A stretch of 64,000 nt of DNA from Actinomycetota bacterium (GCA_036260375.1 DASZZZ010000065.1:1675-65674), one strand, 5' to 3'; positions 18,859 through 27,991 are shown, counted from the stretch's first letter. Notes: a model not told the origin generated them from the letters alone. Made by a program: numbers and translations.

Positions 18859-20100
18859 GTGCTCTCGGTCGACGAGGCCCGCGCGCGCGTGCTCGACTCC
18901 GTCGAGCCGCTCGAGCCGCTCGACGTGCTCGTAGCGGATGCGCTCGGCCTCGTCCTCGCCGACGACCTGCGCGCGCCGCACCCGCTCCCTCGCTTCGACA
19001 ACTCGGCGATGGACGGTTACGCCCTTCGAGCCGCAGACGCCACCGGCGCGTCGGAGGACGCGCCGGTGGTCCTCGAGGTGGTGGGCGAGGTGCGCGCGGG
19101 AACCGCGGGCGACGTCGACGTCCGTCCCGGCACCGCGGCGCGAATCATGACCGGCGCGCCGCTCCCGCGCGGCGCCGACGCAGTCGTCGCACTCGAGCAG
19201 GCGTCGGAGCGCGGCGGACGCGTCGAGGTGCGCGCGCCGGCGCCGCCGGGCCGCCACGTCCGGCCCGCGGGCGACGACCTCCCCGCCGGCGCGCCGCTCG
19301 TCGACGCGGGCGTGGAGCTCGGGCCGGGCGAGCTCGCGCTGCTGGCTTCGACCGGCATGTCGCCGCTGCGCGCGCGCCGGGGGCCGCGCGTCGCGGTCCT
19401 CGTGACGGGCGACGAGCTCGTCGCACCCGAACGGGCACCGGGGCCCGGACAGATCCGCGACTCCAACTCCGTGGCCCTGCGCGCCCTGGTGGCCGAGGCC
19501 GGCGGCGAGCCGATCGTGCTCGACGCCGTGCCCGACGACGTCGACGCGACGCGCGCCGCCTTTCGCCGCGCCGCCGAGGGCTCCGACCTCGTGGTGTCGT
19601 CGGGTGGCGTCGCCGTCGGCCGCTACGACTTCGTCAAGGACGTCGTCGGCGAGCTGGGACGCGTCGACCTGTGGCGCGTCGCGATGCAGCCCGGCAAGCC
19701 CGTCGTCCTGGGCGCGATCGGCACGACGCCGTTCCTCGGCCTTCCGGGCAATCCCGTGTCGATCCACGTCTGCTTCGAGCAGTTCGCGCGCCCGGCGATC
19801 CGCAAGATGCGCGGCTGCGCGCAGCTGCTGCGGCCGGTGATCGAGGCGACGCTGACCGAGCCGCTCGAGAAGACGCCGGGACGCCTGCACTTCGTACGCG
19901 TACGGCTGTCGTGGGAGGGCGGGACGTGGCACGCGACGCCGACCGGCCCGCAAGGGTCGCACGTGCAGTCGAGCCTCGTCGGATGTCACGGCGTCGCGCG
20001 CTTCGACGCGGCCGCGACGTCGCTCGCCGCCGGCGACCGCGTCGTGGCCGAGGTGTGGCGCCTGCCCGGCGACGCCCTCCCGACGCGCAGCCCGTCGTGA
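18859..20100 (+). CDS. moeA: molybdopterin molybdenumtransferase
   Basis: [15 protein letters not shown] and [14 protein letters not shown] motifs. 413 aa. Confidence 0.9.
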   Translation: MLSVDEARARVLDSVEPLEPLDVLVADALGLVLADDLRAPHPLPRFDNSAMDGYALRAADATGASEDAPVVLEVVGEVRAGTAGDVDVRPGTAARIMTGAPLPRGADAVVALEQASERGGRVEVRAPAPPGRHVRPAGDDLPAGAPLVDAGVELGPGELALLASTGMSPLRARRGPRVAVLVTGDELVAPERAPGPGQIRDSNSVALRALVAEAGGEPIVLDAVPDDVDATRAAFRRAAEGSDLVVSSGGVAVGRYDFVKDVVGELGRVDLWRVAMQPGKPVVLGAIGTTPFLGLPGNPVSIHVCFEQFARPAIRKMRGCAQLLRPVIEATLTEPLEKTPGRLHFVRVRLSWEGGTWHATPTGPQGSHVQSSLVGCHGVARFDAAATSLAAGDRVVAEVWRLPGDALPTRSPS

Positions 20101-20564
20101 CGAGCGAGCGTCATCCCGAGGCCGACGCTCGCATGGTCGACGTCGGCGACAAGGACGTCACCCGGCGGGAGGCCGTGGCGGCCGGGCTCGTACGCATGTC
20201 GCCCGCGACGCGCGCGCTCGTGACGGAGCGCCGGCTGCCGAAGGGCGACGCGCTGGAGGTCGCGCGCGTCGCCGGGATCATGGCCGCGAAGCGGACGTGG
20301 GAGCTCGTGCCGCTGTGCCATCCGATCGCGCTCGACGCCGTCGACGTGACGTTCGATCACCACGACGACGGCATCGCGGTGACCGCGACCGCGCGCGCCG
20401 AGCAGCGCACCGGCGTGGAGATGGAGGCGCTTACCGCGGTCGCCGTGGCGGCGCTGACGATCTACGACATGGTCAAGGGCACCGAGCGCGGCGTCGAGGT
20501 CACGTCCGTGCGCCTGCTGCGCAAGACCGGGGGCCGCTCCGGGACGTGGGAGCGAGGCGAATAG
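20097..20564 (+). CDS. moaC: cyclic pyranopterin monophosphate synthase accessory protein
   Basis: [21 protein letters not shown] and [11 protein letters not shown]...YDMVK motifs. GTG 20097 overlaps the moeA stop (GTGA). ATG 20133 is an alternative start. Confidence 0.9.
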   Translation: MTSERHPEADARMVDVGDKDVTRREAVAAGLVRMSPATRALVTERRLPKGDALEVARVAGIMAAKRTWELVPLCHPIALDAVDVTFDHHDDGIAVTATARAEQRTGVEMEALTAVAVAALTIYDMVKGTERGVEVTSVRLLRKTGGRSGTWERGE

Positions 20565-20576
20565 CGCGCGGCCGGA

Positions 20577-20729
20577 TCAGGACTTCGGCCGCTTGAGGTA
20601 GCCGGTCGTGCCGGTCGCCTGGCTCTCGACTACCTGCACCAGCTCCCATCCCTCCTCGCCCCACTGGTTGAGGATCTCCTGGAGGGCGTGCGAGATGAGC
20701 GGCACGGTCGCGTACTCCCACTTCTGCAT
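20577..20729 (-). CDS. DUF4177 domain-containing small protein (50 aa)
   Basis: Not in the track because it is under 60 aa. The ATG is preceded by GAGGAGG. The product is MQKWEYATVPLISHALQEILNQWGEEGWELVQVVESQATGTTGYLKRPKS. The W/YEY...LN..G.EGWELV pattern is DUF4177-like (recalled, not searched). Confidence 0.7.
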   Translation of the reverse strand: MQKWEYATVPLISHALQEILNQWGEEGWELVQVVESQATGTTGYLKRPKS

Positions 20730-20821
20730 GACGAGGACCTCCTCCGCGCGCGGCGGGTTCGTGGATTCGTCGTCGCGCCGCGCGCCCTCGCGGCGGCGCG
20801 AACGGCCGCTAACCTATCGCA

Positions 20822-21184
20822 GTGCCCGAGCGCATCGTCGTCTCGTCGACCGGTCGCGTCGTCGCGACCGACGTGCGTCGGGCGCGCACGCGCGTCGAAC
20901 GCGCGCGGGGGCTGCTCGGCGCCTCTCTCGACCGCGACGCCGCGCTCGTCATCGAGCCGTGCAGGCAGGTCCACACGTTCGGCATGCGCTACGAGATCGA
21001 CGTCGCCTTCTGCGACGCGAGCTGGGTCGTCGTCCACGTCGTGCGCGGGCTCCGCCCCGGCCGCGTGACCCGCTTCGTGCGCGCGGCGCGCCGCGCGATC
21101 GAGCTGCCGAGCGGCGCGCTGGGGGCCGACGTCGTGCCCGGGTGCGCTCTGGACGTCGCGCCGGTCGCGCTCGGGGACGGCTAG
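20822..21184 (+). CDS. DUF192 domain-containing protein
   Basis: RARGLLG...ALVIEPCRQVHTFGMRYEIDVAF is the DUF192 core motif. Confidence 0.8.
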   Translation: MPERIVVSSTGRVVATDVRRARTRVERARGLLGASLDRDAALVIEPCRQVHTFGMRYEIDVAFCDASWVVVHVVRGLRPGRVTRFVRAARRAIELPSGALGADVVPGCALDVAPVALGDG

Positions 21185-21191
21185 ACGCGCG

Positions 21192-21662
21192 TCATGCGAG
21201 GGAGCGGTAGCCGCGGTCGAAGTAGAGGAGCGGGCGGCCGGAGCGCGCGTCGCACGCGACGACCGTTCCGAACACGACGTCGTGGTCGCCGGCCCGCACG
21301 ACCTCCGAGACCTCGCACTCGATCCACGCCAGCGCGCCGTCGAGCAGCGGAGCGCCGCCGACGCCGCGCCGGGGGCCGAGGCCGTCGAAGGACTTTGCGC
21401 CGTGCACCGCGAACGCGCGCGCGACGTCCTCCTGCTGCGACGTCAGCACGTTGACGACGAACGAGCCGGCGCGCGTGACGTACCCGTGGGTATGCGTCGA
21501 CCGCTCCAGGCACACGAGCACGAGCGGAGGGTCGAGCGACACGGACGCGAACGCGGTCGCGGTCATGCCGTGGAGCTCGCCGTCGCACGAGACCGTCACG
21601 ACCGTCACGCCGCTGGCGAACTTGCGGAGCGCGTCCTTCAGCTCGTCGGGGGCGACCGCCAT
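21192..21662 (-). CDS. flavin reductase family protein (NAD(P)H:flavin oxidoreductase)
   Basis: FASGVTVVT...G.TA.AF.SVSLDPPLVLVC is the Flavin_Reduct signature. 156 aa. Confidence 0.85.
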   Translation of the reverse strand: MAVAPDELKDALRKFASGVTVVTVSCDGELHGMTATAFASVSLDPPLVLVCLERSTHTHGYVTRAGSFVVNVLTSQQEDVARAFAVHGAKSFDGLGPRRGVGGAPLLDGALAWIECEVSEVVRAGDHDVVFGTVVACDARSGRPLLYFDRGYRSLA

Positions 21663-21672
21663 GGACGCCCCG

Positions 21673-21873
21673 TCACTCCGGCAGCTCGTCCATGCCGGTC
21701 ATGAACGTGCGGTGCGGCAGGAACAGCCAGAAGCCGGGGCCCGAGTCGCCGCGCTCGGCGACGAAGCGCAGCGCGTCGGCGCTCGGCCCCTCGCCGCTGC
21801 CGTGCACGCGCACCGCGCCGCGGCGCTCGAGCTCCTCGACGAGGTCCTGCGTCGGGTGACCCTCGATCTCCAC
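21673..21873 (-). CDS. hypothetical small protein (66 aa)
   Basis: High GC3 and a GTG start. It lies 10 nt upstream of the flavin reductase start in the same minus-strand gene string. No family recognised. Confidence 0.45.
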   Translation of the reverse strand: MEIEGHPTQDLVEELERRGAVRVHGSGEGPSADALRFVAERGDSGPGFWLFLPHRTFMTGMDELPE

Positions 21874-21882
21874 GGCGGCAGT

Positions 21883-22224
21883 CTAGTGCGCGCCCGGCGC
21901 ACCACTGCCGCGCCGCGCGCCCCGTCTCGGGTACGCGTCGCGGGCCGCGGCGAACACCGCGATCGACGCGCACGTCATGAACGCGACGACCGCGAGCACG
22001 AACACCGTCATCGGATAGCGACGCGTGTCACCCGGCCAGCCGACGGTCACGAACAGCAGCATGGCGGCGATGCCGACGAGCGCCGACACCGCCATCCCGG
22101 CGATGGCGAGCCCGTGAAGCCGTCCCGGCCGGCCGGGCGGTGGGGGCGGCGGGGGGTCGACTCCGACGTCCGGCCGCAGCGGGACGACGCGCCCTTCGTC
22201 GCGGTCGTCCGGAGCCGCGCTCAC
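21883..22224 (-). CDS. hypothetical membrane protein (Pro-rich N-terminus, two TM segments)
   Basis: GTG at 22224 overlaps the pepA stop (GTGA). The hydrophobic segments are LAIAGMAVSALVGIAAMLLFV and VFVLAVVAFMTCASIAVFAA. This is the only coding-like part of track ORF 21883-23070. Confidence 0.5.
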   Translation of the reverse strand: MSAAPDDRDEGRVVPLRPDVGVDPPPPPPPGRPGRLHGLAIAGMAVSALVGIAAMLLFVTVGWPGDTRRYPMTVFVLAVVAFMTCASIAVFAAARDAYPRRGARRGSGAPGAH

Positions 22225-23684
22225 GCCTGCCGCCGCTCGATCCACGTCAGCAACGCGCGCGCCGGGATGCCGGTCGCGCCCTTCGACACCTCGTCGTAGT
22301 CGCGCTCGGCGCGCGCCATCCCCGCGACGTCGAGGTGTGCCCACGGGACCCCGCGTGGCACGAACGAGCGCAGGAACAGCGCGGCGTAGATCGCGCCGCC
22401 GCCGGACGTCGCGCTGTTGCGCAGGTCGGCGACCTCCGACTCGCCGTCGCGCAGGTACGCGTCGATCGTCGGCATCGGCCACAGCAGCTGACCGGCGCGC
22501 TCGCCCGCGTCGCGCAGCTCCGCGCTCAGCGCGTCGTCGTTCGAGAACAGGCCGCCGGCGCGGGGGCCGAGCGCGATCGAGATTGCGCCGGTCAGCGTCG
22601 CCACGTCGACGACCGCGTCGGGCTCCATCTCGCATGCGTACGCCAACGCGTCGCCGAGGATCAGCCGCCCCTCGGCGTCCGTGCTGATCACCTCGCTCGT
22701 GCGGCCGCCGTAGTGATGGACGACGTCGCCGGGACGGACCGCGCCGCCGTCGGGCATGTTCTCGACCGCCGGGACGATCGCAGTCACGTCGAGCGCGACG
22801 CCGAGGCGCGGGAGCGCGCTCATCGCGCCGATCACGGCCGCCGCGCCCGCCATGTCGGTCTTCATCGTCGTCATCGACGCGCCCTGCTTGAGCGTCAGAC
22901 CGCCGGAGTCGAACGTGACGCCCTTGCCGACGAGCACGACGCGGCCGCGCGCGCCGTCGGGACGGTGGCGCAGCTCTATCAGCCGCGGCGGCTGCGCGGA
23001 GCCCTTGCCGACCGCGACGATGCCGCCGAAGCCGCGCTCCGCGAGCTCCCGCTCGTCGGCCACCGCGCACTCGAGCCGGTGCGCGTGGGCCACCTCACGC
23101 GCTCGCGCAGCGAGCGCGTCCGGCGTCATCGTGCTCGCGGGCTCGTTGGTCAGGTCGCGCGCCAGGATCGTCGCGTCGGCGAGGGCGGCGGCGCGCTCGG
23201 TGTCGTCGACGCGCGCGCCCGGCAGCAGCGCGCGCTCGAGCCTTCCGGCGCGCGGCTTCGACTTGTAACCCGCGAAGCGGTACGCGCCGAGCGCGAGCCC
23301 CTCCGCGGCCGCAGCCGCGGACCCGTCGACGGAGTCGTGCAGCGCGCAGACGACCGTCGCGCGCTCGCACAGCGCCCGCGCCGCGGCTCCCGCCGCGCGC
23401 CGCACCTCGGTGGGGCCCGCGGAGTCGCGGGGGCCGAGACCGGCGACCGCGATCGTCTGGGCGCGCAGCCGGCCGAGCGTCGGCACGAGCGTGACGTCGC
23501 CGACGCGCGCCTTGAACGAGATCGCGCGCAGGTGCTCGGACAGGCGGCCGTCGAGCGCCGCGTCGAGGTCCGAGCCGGCGCCCGCGAGCGCGGGGCCGTC
23601 GTCGGCCGCGAACGCCGCGACGACGAGCGCGTCGCCGGACATCTCCGTTGCGCGCTCTTCGCTCGGGATCAGCTGTGGCGGCAT
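22221..23684 (-). CDS. pepA: leucyl aminopeptidase (M17 family)
   Basis: VGKGVTFDSGG, MKTDMAGAA and NTDAEGRL-like (STDAEGRLILGD) motifs. ATG 23684 is preceded by GAGGAAG. ATG 23642 is an alternative start. Confidence 0.9.
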   Translation of the reverse strand: MPPQLIPSEERATEMSGDALVVAAFAADDGPALAGAGSDLDAALDGRLSEHLRAISFKARVGDVTLVPTLGRLRAQTIAVAGLGPRDSAGPTEVRRAAGAAARALCERATVVCALHDSVDGSAAAAAEGLALGAYRFAGYKSKPRAGRLERALLPGARVDDTERAAALADATILARDLTNEPASTMTPDALAARAREVAHAHRLECAVADERELAERGFGGIVAVGKGSAQPPRLIELRHRPDGARGRVVLVGKGVTFDSGGLTLKQGASMTTMKTDMAGAAAVIGAMSALPRLGVALDVTAIVPAVENMPDGGAVRPGDVVHHYGGRTSEVISTDAEGRLILGDALAYACEMEPDAVVDVATLTGAISIALGPRAGGLFSNDDALSAELRDAGERAGQLLWPMPTIDAYLRDGESEVADLRNSATSGGGAIYAALFLRSFVPRGVPWAHLDVAGMARAERDYDEVSKGATGIPARALLTWIERRQA

Positions 23685-23777
23685 CTCTTCCTCGTCGGGC
23701 GCTGGGGCCTTGCGTGTATACCAGCCGGGCCGGCGCACGCCGCGCGTTCGTTCGCGACGCGCACGAAATCCGCCGAG

Positions 23778-24650
23778 ATGCGCAGAGTGCGGGATACCGT
23801 GACGCGCTATGCGGACCAGTGCGAGGACCGGCCTCTGACCGGCGAGTTCCTGGCGCTCGTGGGCATCGCATGGATGCTCGTGTACGCGGCCGCAGCCGTG
23901 CGGGCGCGTCGGAACGCCCCTCTCTCCACGACCGAGCAGTTCCGGCGCGCGATGGAGGTCATCACACCCGACGGCGTCCCGCCCCGGTTCGTGCGCCGCC
24001 CGAGCACGGGGGCCGGCACGACGCAGGACGGCCGCGCTTCGAAGGCGCTCGCCGCGTCCGAGACCGCGTCGGGAACCGGCGAGGCACGGTTCGTGGACTA
24101 CGGCGTCGAGGCGGGCGCCGACGCGCCGGCGCCGGAGACCACGCAGCCGGCGGCGTCCGCGCCGACGGGTGCCGCGGCGCGCGCGGACGACCAACCACGC
24201 CCGAGCACCCCGCGGCCCGCGACGCGCGTGCGCTCCGGCTCGCGCGCGCGGCCCGCGCCGCGCGTGCGCTCTGGCTCGCGCGCGCGGTCCACGCCGCGCG
24301 GGCGATCGGCGTCGCGCAAGGCGCGTCGTCCGGCGGGCTCGACGCGCTCGCGCCTCGCCGTCCGGCGCGTCGCTCCGGCGTCCCGTCGCGCGGCCGACGT
24401 GCGCGAGCGCGCGCTGGCGGGCTTGTGCGTCGCCGTGCCCGCGACCGCGCTCGTCGGTGTCGTCGGCGGGGGCGGATGGTGGACGCTGCCCGGCGCGTGT
24501 GCGGCGGCGCTCGCGCTCTACGTGTCCGCGCTGCTCGAGGACAAGCACCGGCGCGACGAGCGCCGCCGCAAGGTCCGCTCGCTCGCGGCGCGACGCGCCG
24601 CGTACGGGCGGCGTCCGGCCGCGCCGGCGCGCGCGTCCGGGCGCCGCTAG
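23778..24650 (+). CDS. hypothetical membrane protein with long Arg/Ser/Pro/Ala-rich linker
   Basis: This is the 3' part of track ORF 22140-24650. TM-like segments sit near both ends (FLALVGIAWMLVYAAAAV and LCVAVPATALVGVVGGGGWWTLPGACAAALALYVSALL). The start is uncertain and the composition is only partly coding-like. Confidence 0.45.
   Translation: MRRVRDTVTRYADQCEDRPLTGEFLALVGIAWMLVYAAAAVRARRNAPLSTTEQFRRAMEVITPDGVPPRFVRRPSTGAGTTQDGRASKALAASETASGTGEARFVDYGVEAGADAPAPETTQPAASAPTGAAARADDQPRPSTPRPATRVRSGSRARPAPRVRSGSRARSTPRGRSASRKARRPAGSTRSRLAVRRVAPASRRAADVRERALAGLCVAVPATALVGVVGGGGWWTLPGACAAALALYVSALLEDKHRRDERRRKVRSLAARRAAYGRRPAAPARASGRR
24223..24294 (+). repeat. tandem duplication, 2 x 36 nt (33/36 identical)
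   Basis: cgcgcgtgcgctccggctcgcgcgcgcggcccgcgc is followed directly by cgcgcgtgcgctctggctcgcgcgcgcggtccacgc. In frame these encode RVRSGSRARPAP and RVRSGSRARSTP. Confidence 0.85.
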
Positions 24651-24685
24651 GCACGCCCGCCGAGCGCCGGTTTAGGGTGCCCGCC

Positions 24686-25318
24686 ATGGACCTCTCCGAG
24701 CTCGGGACGCGGCTGCGTCGCGACCTCGACGAGAAGAACGAGGCGCGCGAGCGCGGGCTGTCGGGGAGCCGGAGCGCGATACGGGCGTGCGGCAACGCGA
24801 TCCGGGCCCTGCATCGCTACGAGGTCGACGCCGCGACCGCGCTGATCGACGAGGCACAGCGTCACCTCGACGGCGCGCGCTCGGCCCTGGAGCGCCACCA
24901 CGACATCCTCCACGCCGGCTTCGTGCACGACGCCGAGAAGGAGCTCGCCGAGGCGCGCATCACGTTCGCGCTCGTCGTCGGGCAGCCGCTCCCGTCGCCC
25001 GACGACGCCGGCGTGCCCACCGCCGCCTACCTCAAGGGCATGGCCGAGGCGATCGGCGAGCTGCGGCGCCACATCCTCGACCTCATGCGGCGCGGCGAGC
25101 TCAAGCGGTGCGAGGAGCTGCTCGGCGGGATGGACGACATGTACTACCTGCTCGTGTCGATGGACTACCCCGACGGCATCACGATGGGGCTGCGGCGCCT
25201 GACCGACGTCGCGCGCTCGATCATCGAGCGGACGCGCGGCGACTTCACCACGTCGCTCATCCAGAGCTCGCTGCGCGCGGCGCTGTCGGAGCACGCCGAG
25301 CGTCTCGGGCGGGGCTAG
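24686..25318 (+). CDS. translin-family protein (COG2178-like predicted RNA-binding/nuclease)
   Basis: 210 aa and all-helical. The YLKGMAEAIGELRRHILD block matches the translin/TRAX Y-L-x-G-[LM]-x-[DE]-x-x-GE-L-x-R signature as I recall it. ATG 24686 lies within track ORF 23648-25318, whose upstream part is Arg-rich shadow. Confidence 0.7.
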   Translation: MDLSELGTRLRRDLDEKNEARERGLSGSRSAIRACGNAIRALHRYEVDAATALIDEAQRHLDGARSALERHHDILHAGFVHDAEKELAEARITFALVVGQPLPSPDDAGVPTAAYLKGMAEAIGELRRHILDLMRRGELKRCEELLGGMDDMYYLLVSMDYPDGITMGLRRLTDVARSIIERTRGDFTTSLIQSSLRAALSEHAERLGRG

Positions 25319-25356
25319 CCGCGGACCGGGGGCCGGTTAGGATTGGCCGGTTCCAC

Positions 25357-25429
25357 GGGCCAGTAGCTCAGTTGGTAGAGCGCACCCCTCGCACGGGTGA
25401 GGTCAGGGGTTCGACTCCCCTCTGGTCCA
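25357..25429 (+). tRNA. tRNA-Ala (anticodon CGC)
   Basis: Folded by hand: acceptor GGGCCAG/CTGGTCC with the G3:U70 Ala identity pair, D arm GCTC/GAGC, anticodon stem CACCC/GGGTG, loop CTCGCAC, T arm AGGGG-TTCGACT-CCCCT, discriminator A. No encoded CCA. Confidence 0.95.
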
Positions 25430-25918
25430 CAACGACGAAACCGCAGGCCACAGCGTTTGCATTCCGATCGCGCCTGACTGGAAGAGTCAGACAGCGTTCG
25501 TCATCAGTGGTCATCATCGGGACCGTTCCCGGCCCGCGCCCGGGAGTGAAGGTCCTGGCGCGGCGTCCCCAAATCGCGGGGAGCTAGCTACTCCCCGAAA
25601 AGCGAGCCGTGCCTGAGCCTGCCTCGCCGCCACGAATCAGGGCGATCGGCTACGGGCGAATCGGTCACCGCACTGACTCACCTTCACACAAAGGAACGTT
25701 TCCTCTCTTCGACCTTGGACTGGGAGGAGTGGGCTCCAGACGACTGGGTTCGCCTGCGCGACCAAAGCTTCGCGGGTGAGCGGAACTGGGGCGCCAGAAC
25801 GTCGGCAAAGCCGAGATGTCCCTAGCGACTACTACGAGTTGCCGTAGCGGCGCTAGCGGGGACGGCGGATCGAACGGTTCCGGATGTGCGATCCCAGCAA
25901 GCGTCTCGCCGTCGGCCG

Positions 25919-26812
25919 CTAACCAGCTTCACGGCCGGACCCGCGTGGGCTATTCGTGTCGACAAGGACAGAACAATCTAGGTACGCCTGAAACTCCTCC
26001 AAGAAGAGTTCGCCTAATCGACTGTCGGTCGGCACAACGATGTAGGGGCGCATCTGGCGCCCTTCATGTTGAGGCCAATGCCGATTCGAGTCTTCAAGAT
26101 GAGCGACCACGCCGACGTATACCTGATCATCCACCCTAACCATGTGCGTACGAGGAAGCCTCGCGTACCTCAAATACATCCAGCTTCCCGGAGCCTTATC
26201 GTGAACTTCTTGACGTAGACACTTCACGAGTTCGACCGAATTGCGTTCCAGCTGGCCTTTCATCTCCTCCGCAGTGGCAGGCGCGAGAGGCAGCATTGTC
26301 CGAACCAGATCGAGCATCTCGAGTGGCGATTCCGGCGACAGAGATAGAAGGACCACGCGACATCCTTCGTTCACGCGATCCGCGAGGGTTTTCGCAAGTC
26401 CGTACTGACACAGCCGACGATTGTGGTACGCGAGAATAGCAATTTCGTGTTGCGCCTTCCCGACGATTTCATTTTGAAAGCCCTCTTCGTAGTAGCCGAC
26501 GTAATGAACCGGAACCTTGAGATCGGCCGTCCCGTGAAGTTTTCTAAGGGTCTTCAGCACACCATTGAGATGTCCGACCGCTTCGGCGATCGCTTCGCGG
26601 TCGCGCACAGCGTCATCGCGCGAAACCGACATCAGTACACGCGAGAGTTTGTCCAGAGGGAGTATCTCTTGGAGGAGCTCCCGTTCTTGTGCACGAGCTG
26701 CTTCGAGTCTTCCGACCCGTACGATGAGATAGATGCTCAGCCCGATACTGCCGATCCCAACAAGAAGTCCACCAACGCTCGCAACATCGACCAAGGCATC
26801 AGAGATGCTCAA
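25919..26812 (-). CDS. membrane-anchored protein with C-terminal degenerate PLD-like (DUF5919-like) domain
   Basis: Track ORF of 297 aa. An N-terminal TM helix (VASVGGLLVGIGSIGLSIYLIV) is followed by a short coiled coil. The C-terminal THMVRVDDQVYVGVVAHL...RPYIVVPTDSRLGELFLEEFQAYLD resembles the non-catalytic PLD-fold DUF5919 pattern (recalled). The TTG start overlaps the upstream gene end by 14 nt. Confidence 0.6.
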   Translation of the reverse strand: MSISDALVDVASVGGLLVGIGSIGLSIYLIVRVGRLEAARAQERELLQEILPLDKLSRVLMSVSRDDAVRDREAIAEAVGHLNGVLKTLRKLHGTADLKVPVHYVGYYEEGFQNEIVGKAQHEIAILAYHNRRLCQYGLAKTLADRVNEGCRVVLLSLSPESPLEMLDLVRTMLPLAPATAEEMKGQLERNSVELVKCLRQEVHDKAPGSWMYLRYARLPRTHMVRVDDQVYVGVVAHLEDSNRHWPQHEGRQMRPYIVVPTDSRLGELFLEEFQAYLDCSVLVDTNSPRGSGREAG

Positions 26813-27781
26813 TGGCTCCCTCGATTCTCTTGATCAGCTCTTGCCGCATGCGGCGCGTCGATTCGAGACTCAGACCGGCGATATGCGGAGATATCAGAAC
26901 GCGCTCATCTCTGAGTGCCGGCAATTCACGTTCGCGGTAAACGTCGAGGCCGCATGCCCAGATCGCGCCGGACCTGAACCCGGCCTCAAGCGCCCCTTCT
27001 TCTACGATCTCTGCTCGCGACGTGTTGATCAGGATGAGCGGGTGTGAAGCTTTCTGGATCACGCCAGCGGTAATGAGATTTCGACTCTTGTTGGAAAGCG
27101 GTAGGTGGAGTGAAACAAAGTCCGAGTGAGCGAAGAGGGCTAGCGGTCTGATTCGAGCGCGGCAATGCCGTCGAACTCCCTATGTGCCGAGGGCGTGAAC
27201 GTCCAGACGGCGACCCCGAGTCCGAGAGGGCGCGCCAGGCGCGCAAGATCGAAAGCGATACTTCCGGCCCCCACGATACCTAGTGTCTTCCCGAAGACCT
27301 CGATTGCCTTTCCATGCCGAGCCACTCCGTCGATCGTCAAGGAGCTCTGTCCGAGCCCCGCCGTTACGGCAGCATCGGCCTCACCGAGACGTTTTGCCAG
27401 AGCGAGAAGCATCGCGAGAGCATGTTCGGCAACCGATCTCGAGTTCGAGGCGGAGACCGAAAGCACCTCGACGCCCCGCGCCGCGAACTCAGGGATCGCG
27501 ATATTGTCCGTGCCATTGCTCAGCGTCGCGATCACCTTCAGTCGCTTTGTGTGGGAGGCTACATCTCGGGAGAGGGGCTCTTTCGCGCCGCATACAAGCA
27601 CTTCGAATTCCTGCACTAGACCGACAAGTTCGTCCGCGCCAGGCCGATCGGGTTGCTGGCGAATGAGGACGTCTTCGACGAGGTTGTGGAGGTCGGCGAT
27701 GAACTCCGGTTCATTGCGAAGATGACTTATCGAAACGTACGCGTTCTTGAACTTGCGCGTCATCAGTACCGGATCCTCCAT
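26799..27781 (-). pseudogene. D-isomer-specific 2-hydroxyacid dehydrogenase (PGDH/GyaR-like), interrupted by a frameshift near 27140-27185
   Basis: Track ORFs 27140-27901 and 26799-27062 are the N- and C-terminal parts of one enzyme. The parts show GIVGAGSIA (NAD motif), then SDFVSLHLPL...LINTSRA...LDVY.ERE...SPHIAG (catalytic R/E/H). The first frame ends ...FDGIAALESDR-stop. The second frame is open only from about 27185. Confidence 0.7.
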
Positions 27782-27991
27782 CTCCAGAAACACTTTACTG
27801 TACTGTGCCGAAAGCGCTGGGTTAACCAGTAGGGACGAGACGAGCCACGAGAGATGAGGGCGCCGTAGCCGGCGACGAGATGTTCCGCAGGCCTGGGTCA
27901 ATGCGCCCGAAAGGTAATGACCGATACCCAGTCGACACGCTTCTGGCGGCGCAAGCTCGGATTTTCACAGACAGAAGGTGAGGAAGACTGC

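Noticed and set aside
24223-24294. CRISPR-like or minisatellite array
   Set aside because: There are only two directly abutting copies with no spacers, and they lie inside a reading frame. It is a simple tandem duplication.
23962-24795. 277-aa minus-strand ORF overlapping the hypothetical membrane protein and the translin gene start
   Set aside because: It is Arg/Ala/Pro/Ser-rich shadow, and it overlaps the well-supported translin-family frame.
25816-26139. 107-aa plus-strand ORF at the island's left side
   Set aside because: It overlaps the 3' end of the better-supported minus-strand gene 25919-26812. The composition is Ser/Gly/Arg-rich, there is no SD and no motifs.
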